Positions 1-7,608 of a DNA stretch of 11,423 nt are shown here, piece after piece; position 1 is the first letter of the stretch; every line of letters begins with the position of its first letter. The translations under genes and the position numbers were made by a program. This DNA is from Candidatus Hadarchaeota archaeon (lineage in GTDB: Archaea; CAYQAE01; CAYVLA01): positions 1 to 11,423 of the forward strand of contig CAYVLA010000108.1 of NCBI GenBank assembly GCA_964452145.1, in the 5' to 3' direction. The notes beneath the pieces were generated by a model. The model saw only the letters and a list, made by a program, of their open reading frames with translations. It did no database searches and was not told the origin of the DNA.

Positions 1-321
1 GGCGACTACGCGATAAGCGAGATGAACAGGGGCGACTGGTACTACGTCAATTCCTACTACTCGGCGACCGACTCCCCGAAAGGTAAGCTGATCAACGTCA
101 ACACCCCTATTGAGCTCTATCCGGGTAAGGCTCGCTATATCGATCTGGAGATCGATGTCGTGCTGCGCGCCAGCGGAAGGGCCGAAATCGTGGATGAGAC
201 GAGCCTGATCGACATAGTCAGCGAGGGCTACATCGACAAGAGGCTCTATGAGAAGGCTTTGAGCGTGGCGGACGCTCTTGTGAGGGGCAAGATGGTCTCC
301 GACTATGCAGCACCGGCCTAG
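1..321 (+). CDS. Probable ribonuclease FAU-1 family protein, C-terminal DUF402 domain (partial, 5' end outside window)
   Basis: Frame is open from base 1 (GDYAISEMNRGDWYYVNSYY...). The motif KGKLINVNTPIELYPGKARYIDLEIDVV resembles the archaeal FAU-1/DUF402 C-terminus (N-x-N-T-P-x-E-x-Y-P...YxDLExDVV). Stop TAG at 319-321. Confidence 0.8.
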   Translation, partial: GDYAISEMNRGDWYYVNSYYSATDSPKGKLINVNTPIELYPGKARYIDLEIDVVLRASGRAEIVDETSLIDIVSEGYIDKRLYEKALSVADALVRGKMVSDYAAPA

Positions 322-1328
322 GTGAAGAGTCGCCAGAGTTCGTCGCAGGGAAATTCCCTGACGATCGTTCGGCGTGCCCCGCGTTCCAGACACAGTCTTG
401 AGCGACCGGTGTTCTGGATGGATCCGATCTGGGCACACGGGATTCCTCCGGCCTCGATGCTCTTGATCGCATCCGGGGCGGACTCTTCATCGAATAGGCA
501 CAGCAAGCTGCCCGAGCTTATCAGTAGAAGCGGGTCGATGCCGAGATTGTCACAGATCTTGTGCGTCTCCTTCGGGATGGGAATATCCTCCACCCGCACT
601 AGGGCCGACATGCGATTGGCAACGCACATCTCCATCAACCCCCCGATGATGCCCCCTTCCGTGGGATCATGCATTCTGCGCACGTCGTGCTCAGCCGCGA
701 TCATCGCCTCGGGAACAACGCTTATCCTGTCGGAGAAGGATTGTGCCCTCTGGATCAGTTCACGACCTAGGCAGGCAGTGAGCTTTTCCTCCATTGCCCT
801 GGATATTATCGACGTCCCTTCGATGCCGGCTCCTTTGGTCAAGACGAGCACGTCCCCCTTGCGGGCAGGCCTCCTTGCCAAACGGCTCTTCTGCACGAAC
901 CCAATCATGGTCGATGAGACAATGGTCCTCTCAATGGGAGAGACCTCGGTATGGCCGCCGATCACGGAGATCCCCAGTCCCGCGCATTCCTCAGCAATCT
1001 GGGACGCGACCAGATCCAGATCCCGCTCGGAGGACGATCTGGCCATCATCAGATTGGCCACGAAGAGCGAGGGCCTCGCGCCGGCGGTCGCAACGTCATT
1101 GGCGTTGACGTGGACTGCGTATCTGCCGATGTCGATCTCGGCTCCCGAGATCGGGTCAGACGAGACGATCATATAGGAATCATTCAAGCCGCCCAGGTCG
1201 ATGATCGCCACATCCTCTCCGATGGCGGGCCCCACGACGACTCTATGCCCCTGTTGTGGCAGCCTGCCGAGTACGCGCTTCCTCAGGGCCTCCGGGTCCA
1301 CCTTGCCCAAGGGCATCGTGGCCTTCAT
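318..1328 (-). CDS. AIR synthase (PurM/HypE/ThiL-like) family ATP-binding protein
   Basis: 336 aa with GEDVA, SSDPI, NANDVATAGARP, IGGHTEV and MHDPTEGG motifs of the PurM-like superfamily. It ends DELWRLFT, without the HypE C-terminal PR(I/V)C. Confidence 0.85.
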   Translation of the reverse strand: MKATMPLGKVDPEALRKRVLGRLPQQGHRVVVGPAIGEDVAIIDLGGLNDSYMIVSSDPISGAEIDIGRYAVHVNANDVATAGARPSLFVANLMMARSSSERDLDLVASQIAEECAGLGISVIGGHTEVSPIERTIVSSTMIGFVQKSRLARRPARKGDVLVLTKGAGIEGTSIISRAMEEKLTACLGRELIQRAQSFSDRISVVPEAMIAAEHDVRRMHDPTEGGIIGGLMEMCVANRMSALVRVEDIPIPKETHKICDNLGIDPLLLISSGSLLCLFDEESAPDAIKSIEAGGIPCAQIGSIQNTGRSRLCLERGARRTIVREFPCDELWRLFT

Positions 1329-1342
1329 CCTATCCGCTCATA

Positions 1343-1364
1343 TTTTTATGATTCAGCTATTAAA
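1343..1364. promoter_or_regulatory. Two interleaved divergent TATA boxes
   Basis: TTTTTAT (+, 1343-1349) lies ~28 nt before ATG 1378. TTTAATA (-, 1364-1358) lies ~29 nt before ATG 1328. This is the only AT-rich patch in a 49-bp intergenic gap. Confidence 0.55.
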
Positions 1365-1377
1365 GGCAGCTGGTAGC

Positions 1378-1743
1378 ATGGCCACCAAGAGACTCGCAGG
1401 CGGCTCGGACAACCTCAAGGCCCTGACGGAGTTCGTGTCATCTCTGGGTGCGGAGGACATCCGTGCCACGGACCTTGCGTTGGAAAGGATTCAGCTAAGG
1501 GATAGTGGTTTTGGGCGTGGCTACCAGAAGGCCCTGATCGGCATGAAGACCTCCATGTTGGAGAAGAACGTCGACTCCCTGATCTACAAGTCCCTGAAGG
1601 GCACCATGTCAGCCAAGCAGAGAAGGGAGATCCTGAATGATTTCAGGGCCAGGAGGAAGGCCCCCTTCACCAGCGATGAGGAGAAGGGATTCCACGCTGC
1701 TTGGAAGGATGTCCTCCGGATCATCGAGACCATGAAGTCCTAG
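1378..1743 (+). CDS. Small alpha-helical hypothetical protein (121 aa)
   Basis: 3' part of ORF 1201..1743. ATG 1378 avoids overlap with the AIR-synthase gene and sits at promoter distance from a TATA box. Codon usage is host-like. Two similar helical motifs: GRGYQKAL and EKGFHAAW. Confidence 0.75.
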   Translation: MATKRLAGGSDNLKALTEFVSSLGAEDIRATDLALERIQLRDSGFGRGYQKALIGMKTSMLEKNVDSLIYKSLKGTMSAKQRREILNDFRARRKAPFTSDEEKGFHAAWKDVLRIIETMKS

Positions 1744-1752
1744 GCTGGTCGC

Positions 1753-2448
1753 TTGGCTCGGGAGAAGACTGTCTCACAACCGACGACGAACGTACTACGA
1801 TACGACGCTCGCAGGTGGGAGCTTCTCGACCTCAAGCGGGATGTGGCCAAACCGATCATGAGGAAGCTTCGTGATTTCATGCCGATGGTGCACGGGAGCC
1901 TCGCCAGGGGGGACGTCCACAAGGGCAGCGATGTGGATGTGGTTCTGACCCGCCTGTTTCCTTCGTACGCGGTGGAGATGGCGCTGGGAGATGATCTGCC
2001 GATCCTCAGACGAGAGATCATCCAGGCAACGCCCTGGCATCTGATAAAGGGGCAGATCAGCCTGGACGAGGACGTCTCGGTCACCTTCCCCTTGGTCAAG
2101 CCAAGCCCCCTCGAGGAGCAGTTCTACTCCTTCGGTGGGCATCTCAGCCTCGAGGAGTTGGAGGGCGGCCTCCGCGTGCCCGGCATAGACAAGCGACTCA
2201 TGCTCATAGAGCCGGTGGAGGACGGGCACATCGAGTCCGCCATCGTCGGGCGCGAAGCGATCGCCGCCAGAAAGGTGGGGGTTGGACTTGAGATAGTCAA
2301 GGAAAGAATCGATGTGCTTTCGAAAAGAGACTCCGTGGGGCGAACCGGCATCTACATCAAGAGGGCCCTGCTTCCGGAGGAATCCTTTGAGGAAGTCCTG
2401 CGCCGCATGGCGTCAAGGGATCCCAATCTGAAGAGGCGCTATCGCTAG
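1753..2448 (+). CDS. Archaeal DNA polymerase beta-superfamily nucleotidyltransferase (COG2413-like)
   Basis: Signature VHGSLARGDVHKGSDVDVV (hGS-x9-DhD) plus C-terminal FYSFGG, RVPGIDKRL and RDSVGRTG motifs typical of this archaeal family. TTG start 9 nt after the upstream stop. Confidence 0.85.
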   Translation: MAREKTVSQPTTNVLRYDARRWELLDLKRDVAKPIMRKLRDFMPMVHGSLARGDVHKGSDVDVVLTRLFPSYAVEMALGDDLPILRREIIQATPWHLIKGQISLDEDVSVTFPLVKPSPLEEQFYSFGGHLSLEELEGGLRVPGIDKRLMLIEPVEDGHIESAIVGREAIAARKVGVGLEIVKERIDVLSKRDSVGRTGIYIKRALLPEESFEEVLRRMASRDPNLKRRYR

Positions 2449-3536
2449 CCCAGCTCTCGGATCTTTTCAGCTATGGCATCGCCCATCTGGGAGGTGCTCG
2501 CGGCTTCCCCGGGCCGCTTCCCGGAAATATCGTAGGTTCTCACCCGGCCTTCTTTGATTACGCTGGCAACCGCCTTCTCGATCAGCGCCGCCGCCTCTCT
2601 CTCTTGGAATGCCTCCTCCAGCATCATCTTGCCAGCAAGGATGGTCGCTATGGGGTTGGCCACGTTCCTGCCCGCGTGGCGAGGCGCCGAGCCGTGGATC
2701 GGCTCGAACATGGATTTGCCTCCGGGGCATATGTTGCCTCCGGGCATCATCCCCAGGCTGCCGGACAGCGGCGCGACCAGGTCGGACACGATGTCGCCGA
2801 ACATATTCTCGGTGACGATGACCTGATACCACGATGGATTTCTTATGATCCACTGTGTGAGGGCATCAACATAGGCATGCTCCGTCTGGATCCCCGGGTA
2901 GCACTTCGCAATCTCCTCGAAGATGGATCTCCAGAATCGGCTGCAAACCAAGACATTGGCCTTGTCAACGCTGGTGACCCTCGTTCTGCCTCGCCCGGCA
3001 GCCAGGTCGAAGGCGTATCGCACGACCCGTTCTACCCCCTTCCGGGTGTAGACCATGAGGTTCGTAGCAACGTCCCCGCCTTGGGGGGTGTCTCCTCTCA
3101 GGATGCCTCCCTGCTGGCAGTACAGGCTCTCCGTGTTCTCCCTCACTATCAGGATGTCCACGCCCTTGGAGACGATCTCGTCCCTCAGGGGCGTGAAGCC
3201 CTCCAGCCCGGGGTAGAGCTTGGTGGGACGCAGGTTGACGTACTGGTCGTAGGCGAATCTGATCTCGAATATGGCCCTTTCGGCAATCCCTGGCTCCAGC
3301 CTCTCGGCGGCAAGGCCCACAGCCCCGAAGTATATGGCGTCGGCATCCTTGATGGCATCCCTGGACGCGTCCGGGATGACCTGTCCGGTCCTCAGGTAGG
3401 CCTCGCCCCCGGCTTCAGCCTCGATGTAGTCGAATTCCAGCCCTGTGACCTCCGAAACAGCGGCCAACACCTTGAGACCTTCTCTGATTACCTCCGGACC
3501 AATGCCATCGCCCCTAACAACCGCAACCTTGTACAC
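2445..3536 (-). CDS. leuB: 3-isopropylmalate dehydrogenase-like beta-decarboxylating dehydrogenase
   Basis: GDGIGPEV, YVNLRP, RENTE, VDKANVL, ENMFGDIVSD and FEPIHGSAP motifs. Start placed at GTG 3536 after SD GGAGGT (3548-3543); the ORF track's TTG 3551 overlaps leuD. Last gene of the leuC-leuD cluster. Confidence 0.85.
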   Translation of the reverse strand: MYKVAVVRGDGIGPEVIREGLKVLAAVSEVTGLEFDYIEAEAGGEAYLRTGQVIPDASRDAIKDADAIYFGAVGLAAERLEPGIAERAIFEIRFAYDQYVNLRPTKLYPGLEGFTPLRDEIVSKGVDILIVRENTESLYCQQGGILRGDTPQGGDVATNLMVYTRKGVERVVRYAFDLAAGRGRTRVTSVDKANVLVCSRFWRSIFEEIAKCYPGIQTEHAYVDALTQWIIRNPSWYQVIVTENMFGDIVSDLVAPLSGSLGMMPGGNICPGGKSMFEPIHGSAPRHAGRNVANPIATILAGKMMLEEAFQEREAAALIEKAVASVIKEGRVRTYDISGKRPGEAASTSQMGDAIAEKIRELG

Positions 3537-3540
3537 GGTC

Positions 3541-4026
3541 CTACCTCCCAAGTCCCTTCCTTGCGTGGTTTAGAAGTCCTCCGTCCTCCAGGATCTCCAA
3601 GAGAAAGCCCGGCAGGGGGTCGAATCGGTGGATGCTTCCCCTGGTGTGATTCCGTACGATGCCTTCTCCCAAGGCGATCTCCAGCTCGTCTCCATCATGT
3701 ATGCCCGAGAGCTCCTTGCTGGACAAGGCGGGCAGCCCGATGTTGATCGCGTTGCGGAAGAAGATCCTGGCGAAGCTGGATGCCAGCACGGCCGATACGC
3801 CGGCCGCCCTGATCGCAATCGGCGCATGCTCCCTGCTCGACCCGCATCCGAAGTTGGATCCGGCAACGATCATGTCCCCTCTTCTGACTCTAGATGGGAA
3901 CCCGGGTGAGATTCCCTCCATGGCGTGCTTGCCTAGAATCCCCGGATCAAAGGTGTTCAGGTACTTCGCCGGTATGATCACATCCGTGTTGATGTCGTTG
4001 CCGAAGACGTGAGCCCTTCCGATCAT
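3541..4026 (-). CDS. leuD: 3-isopropylmalate dehydratase small subunit (LeuD type 2 / HacB family)
   Basis: DINTDVIIPAKYL, GSNFGCGSSREHA and SFARIFFRNAINIGLP motifs. Its ATG overlaps the leuC stop (TGATG). Confidence 0.92.
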   Translation of the reverse strand: MIGRAHVFGNDINTDVIIPAKYLNTFDPGILGKHAMEGISPGFPSRVRRGDMIVAGSNFGCGSSREHAPIAIRAAGVSAVLASSFARIFFRNAINIGLPALSSKELSGIHDGDELEIALGEGIVRNHTRGSIHRFDPLPGFLLEILEDGGLLNHARKGLGR

Positions 4027-5285
4027 CAGATCGACCTCGGGTCTGTTATGTGTCCCGTTATGGCGCTGGCGGCCACGGTAGCCGGGGAGGCGAGGTACAC
4101 CTCAGACTTGGCGCTTCCCATCCTGCCAACGAAGTTTCTGTTCGTGGAGCTGATGCACCGTTCACCATCGGCCAGCACGCCCATGTGGCCTCCGAGGCAC
4201 GGACCGCACGTAGGGCATGAGACGCAGGCCCCGGCATCCAGGAATGTGCCGATGTAGCCTCTTTCCATGGCCTCCCTGTAGATGGTCCACGTAGCCGGGA
4301 TCACGATCATCCGAACCCTGGGATGGATCTTCCGTCCTTTGAGTATGCCCGCCGCAAGGGCAAGGTCCTCCAGTTTCCCGTTGGTGCAAGAACCCAGGAA
4401 CGCCTGGTCCACCTCGACATGGGAAGCCCGGGCCGCTGGAACGCAGTTGGAGGGAAGGGGAGGCAGGGCCACGACCGGCTCGATATCCTCTGCGCGGTAT
4501 CTGTAAACCGAACTGTAGCGACAGTCATCGTCGCTGCGAAGGTTCTCCACCTCCATGGCTTGTTTCGCCCTTTCTGTAACATATCTCAGTGTGGCTCCGT
4601 CGGGAGCGATCACTCCGCACTTGGCTCCGGCCTCGATCGCCATGTTGCATATCGTTGCCCGGCTGTCCATGCTCATCGACTCGACGGTTGATCCACCGAA
4701 CTCCATTGCCATGTAGGAGGCGCCTTCGACCCCGATTCTGCCTATGATCGTCAGCACCACATCCTTGCTTGTGACATGCCTGCCGAGGCGCCCCTCTATC
4801 ATGTGGAGCTGGGATTCCGGGACCCTGAACCAGCATTGGCCGGTTGCCATGGCAACGGCAGCCTCGGTGGATCCGATGCCGGTGGCGAAGGCGCCGAAGG
4901 CGCCATAGGTGCAGGTGTGCGAATCGGCACCTGCGATGGTCATGCCCGGCTGAATCAGGCCGGATTCGGGAAGGAGGACGTGCTCGATTCCGCAGCGACC
5001 TATCTCCCAGTAGTTGGTGATCCCCATCTCCCTCGAGAAGTCCCTCAGCATCTTGCATTGTTCTGCCGACATGACGTCCTTGTTGGGTGCATAGTGGTCG
5101 GTCACCAAGGCGATCTTGCCCGGATCGAAGACGCCCTCGGCGCCTATCTTTCTGAACTGATCTATGGCCAGAGGGCCAGTGACGTCATTGACGAGGACCA
5201 GGTCGAGCTTGGACTGGACGATCTCTCCGGGCTTGACGAATGGGCGGTCCGATGACCATGCCAGGAGCTTCTCCGTAAGGGTCAT
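4026..5285 (-). CDS. leuC: 3-isopropylmalate dehydratase large subunit (LeuC type 2 / HacA family, [4Fe-4S])
   Basis: MTLTEKLL N-terminus, DSHTCTYGAFGAF, TICNMAIEAGAK, three cluster Cys in GSCTNG and CGPCLG, STNRNFVGRMG. The conserved start is ATG 5285; in-frame ATG 5312 and GTG 5324 are alternatives. Confidence 0.92.
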   Translation of the reverse strand: MTLTEKLLAWSSDRPFVKPGEIVQSKLDLVLVNDVTGPLAIDQFRKIGAEGVFDPGKIALVTDHYAPNKDVMSAEQCKMLRDFSREMGITNYWEIGRCGIEHVLLPESGLIQPGMTIAGADSHTCTYGAFGAFATGIGSTEAAVAMATGQCWFRVPESQLHMIEGRLGRHVTSKDVVLTIIGRIGVEGASYMAMEFGGSTVESMSMDSRATICNMAIEAGAKCGVIAPDGATLRYVTERAKQAMEVENLRSDDDCRYSSVYRYRAEDIEPVVALPPLPSNCVPAARASHVEVDQAFLGSCTNGKLEDLALAAGILKGRKIHPRVRMIVIPATWTIYREAMERGYIGTFLDAGACVSCPTCGPCLGGHMGVLADGERCISSTNRNFVGRMGSAKSEVYLASPATVAASAITGHITDPRSI

Positions 5286-5342
5286 TCCGCCTACGCCGAA
5301 GACTCGTCTCATGCCCGAGCACACCGAGGGAACGATCGGTCG

Positions 5343-5401
5343 AGCGGTTTAAAACGCTTTCCGGCTTGATGGAACCGTTATAACGGTCACAAGAGTTATA
5401 T
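5343..5401. promoter_or_regulatory. Divergent leuCDB / regulator promoter region with palindromic operator candidates
   Basis: Minus-strand BRE-TATA GGAAAGCG-TTTTAAA (5362-5348); plus-strand TTATAT (5396-5401); perfect palindrome ACCGTTATAACGGT (5374-5387); near-palindrome AGCGGTTTAAAACGCT (5343-5358). Confidence 0.6.
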
Positions 5402-6398
5402 GTCGGGCCGGCGCCACATGGGCATGCTGGACACTCGCCTCCTCACCGACCTGGGACTGACACCCAAGGAATCCGAGATGGTCGTACACATGGCGAACGC
5501 CCTCAAGACCTCGAGGAAGGGATACTTTGAGGCCCCCTCCCTGGCCAGCGACCTGGGGATCCCGCGGGAGAAGATCTACACGTACCTCAAGACCCTCGAG
5601 GAGAAGGGCGTTCTGGAAACCATCGGTGCCAGGCCCAAAAGATTCTGTCTACGACCCCTAGATGATGCTCTAGAAGGCCTTCTACAGCGCCGGCGGGAGA
5701 GCGTCGAGCAGGCTCTTTCTCAGCTCCAGCGAGCGATCCAGGAGGCGAAAAGCTCCGAGTACGCCTCGCTTCTCCCCCGGATCAGCGTCCTGAGAGATGC
5801 CACCCAGTATGTCAGGGCCATGATCGACATAGTCCTCGCCTCCCAGGACGCGATGATAATAGCGAGGACCTCCGCCCTGCTGCTACCTTGGGCTCGCTCC
5901 GATGAACCGGAGGATCTACTGGCCACCTACCGGAGCGTCCTTCTGGAGCGCGCAAGGTCAGGCAAGATCACGGTCGACTACTTCATACCGTTTCACCAGA
6001 CTCGACGCGAGATCCTGGCGAGATGCTCCGTATCAGGAGCGGATGCTCGTCGTGCCATTTCTAACATGAGGGATTTCTGCGTTGATAGGAAACATCCCAA
6101 CATCTCCGTCAAGAACATTCCTCGTTTCCCGGCTATAAGCCTCATCATGGGCGGGGGACGAGTCGCCATCGGCTTCTCATCGCGGGAGGAGACGAGGACC
6201 GCCAAGGGGATCCTGGTCGAATCCGGAGATCTATACCAGTTCATGTCAACGCTGCACCTTCTGTTGCTTGCCCAGCCGGAGGTCGAGATCACACCGCAGA
6301 TGATCGACGAGGTGGAGGTCGAGGTCCAGAGCAGAAGGAAGGGCGCAATGGAAGGGGATCTCGACCGTATGCATCGCGAGGGGAGTCATGGGGGATAA
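5400..6398 (+). CDS. TrmB-family transcriptional regulator (N-terminal wHTH, C-terminal effector-binding domain)
   Basis: LTDLGLTPKE...LASDLGIPREKIYTYLKTLEEKGVLE...RPKRF..RP is a TrmB-type wHTH, followed by a coiled-coil linker and an alpha/beta C-terminal domain. The true start may be ATG 5418 or 5424. Confidence 0.85.
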   Translation: MSGRRHMGMLDTRLLTDLGLTPKESEMVVHMANALKTSRKGYFEAPSLASDLGIPREKIYTYLKTLEEKGVLETIGARPKRFCLRPLDDALEGLLQRRRESVEQALSQLQRAIQEAKSSEYASLLPRISVLRDATQYVRAMIDIVLASQDAMIIARTSALLLPWARSDEPEDLLATYRSVLLERARSGKITVDYFIPFHQTRREILARCSVSGADARRAISNMRDFCVDRKHPNISVKNIPRFPAISLIMGGGRVAIGFSSREETRTAKGILVESGDLYQFMSTLHLLLLAQPEVEITPQMIDEVEVEVQSRRKGAMEGDLDRMHREGSHGG

Positions 6399-6450
6399 GA
6401 AACCTTTATCAGATTTTCAACGCAATTGCAGTTCGGTCAGGCGGAGGCCC

Positions 6451-7572
6451 TTGAAGAAGGTGATGGTCCTCTGCGTCGATCGAGATGATGACCTTGGCAG
6501 GAAGGCCCGCCTCCAGGGACCCATCATCGGAAGGAACGAGAACCTCAAGGCTGCAACGCAGCTGGGGCTAGTCGATGCGGAGGACAGTGACGTCAACTCC
6601 ATTCTCAGAGCGGTAGGCCTAGCGGACTCCATAGAGGACGACGCGCGGAAGAAGAAGCTGAAGATCACCGTGGAGGTTGTTACCCTCACCGGCCACCCCG
6701 ACGTGGGGGCGGAATCCGATGTCAGAATCTCCAGGCAGCTGGAACAGGTAATGGAGAAGATCTCGCCTGACGAGACGATCTTCGTCTCGGACGGCCTCGA
6801 GGATGAGCAGATCATCCCGCTGATCGGGGAGAAGGCACGCATCACCGCAACCGAGCGCGTCGTCGTCAAGCAGAGCGAGAGGCTGGAGGAAACCTATCTA
6901 ATAATCACGAGGTATCTGTCGGAGATAGCCTCGGACCCACGTAGGGCCAGGGTCTTCCTCGGTCTTCCCGGCCTGGCCCTGGTGATATTCGCATTGACGA
7001 GCGTGGCCCAGGCGCCCATGTGGATCGGGCTTGTGTCTGTGGTCTTTCTCGTCGGGGGCTACCTTGCCATCATAGGCTTCGGTCTGGACAAGCACCTTTC
7101 GGCACTTGCTGGGTACCTGAAGACCGTCTACGTCAGCGTCAAGGAATCCGGATCCGAGGGCAGGCTCACCTTCTACAGCTACACGACCTCCATACTCCTG
7201 GGCGTCGTGGGCGGGGCCGTCATCGCGTACCGGCTTCTGTCCGCGCGAGCCGGCATGGTTAACTCGCAGTTCTTCATGGAGCTCTACACCAAGCATGCAT
7301 TTCCTTTCATCCTGTCAATAGTCGTCCTCACGGTTCTCGGCAAGATGGTGGACGACTACTTCGAGAAGGATGTCAGGATGTGGAACTACCTGGTACTGGG
7401 CACATCGATGATAACGTTCCTCATAGTCCTCCAGAGGGCCCTGAACTTCGTGATCAGCCCGGCCGAAGGTTTGACGCCGTTGGTGATGACGGCTCTGTTG
7501 GGCATAATCATCTGTTCCTTCTTCGTGAAGATAGCCCAGATTGGACGAAGGGCGAACTGGCTTCAAGTCTAG
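6451..7572 (+). CDS. DUF373 family archaeal membrane protein
   Basis: LCVDRDDDLGRKA..GPIIGR..NLKAA..LGL.DAEDSDVN, VSDGLEDE and VVVKQS..LEETY motifs, followed by ~6 hydrophobic helices. Start uncertain: ATG 6388, TTG 6451 after GGAGG, or ATG 6463. A TATA-like GAAACCTTTATC at 6399-6410 favours a later start. Confidence 0.85.
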   Translation: MKKVMVLCVDRDDDLGRKARLQGPIIGRNENLKAATQLGLVDAEDSDVNSILRAVGLADSIEDDARKKKLKITVEVVTLTGHPDVGAESDVRISRQLEQVMEKISPDETIFVSDGLEDEQIIPLIGEKARITATERVVVKQSERLEETYLIITRYLSEIASDPRRARVFLGLPGLALVIFALTSVAQAPMWIGLVSVVFLVGGYLAIIGFGLDKHLSALAGYLKTVYVSVKESGSEGRLTFYSYTTSILLGVVGGAVIAYRLLSARAGMVNSQFFMELYTKHAFPFILSIVVLTVLGKMVDDYFEKDVRMWNYLVLGTSMITFLIVLQRALNFVISPAEGLTPLVMTALLGIIICSFFVKIAQIGRRANWLQV

Positions 7573-7608
7573 CCCTTGGCTCGGCGACCCGAGGCGGCCG
7601 TCGGGGCG

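Noticed and set aside
322..1376. Plus-strand ORFs 322..1176, 794..1108 and 951..1376
   Set aside because: Shadows of the AIR-synthase-family gene.
2604..3746. 380-aa plus-strand ORF
   Set aside because: Antisense shadow of leuB/leuD, expected in GC-rich coding DNA; no recognisable motifs.
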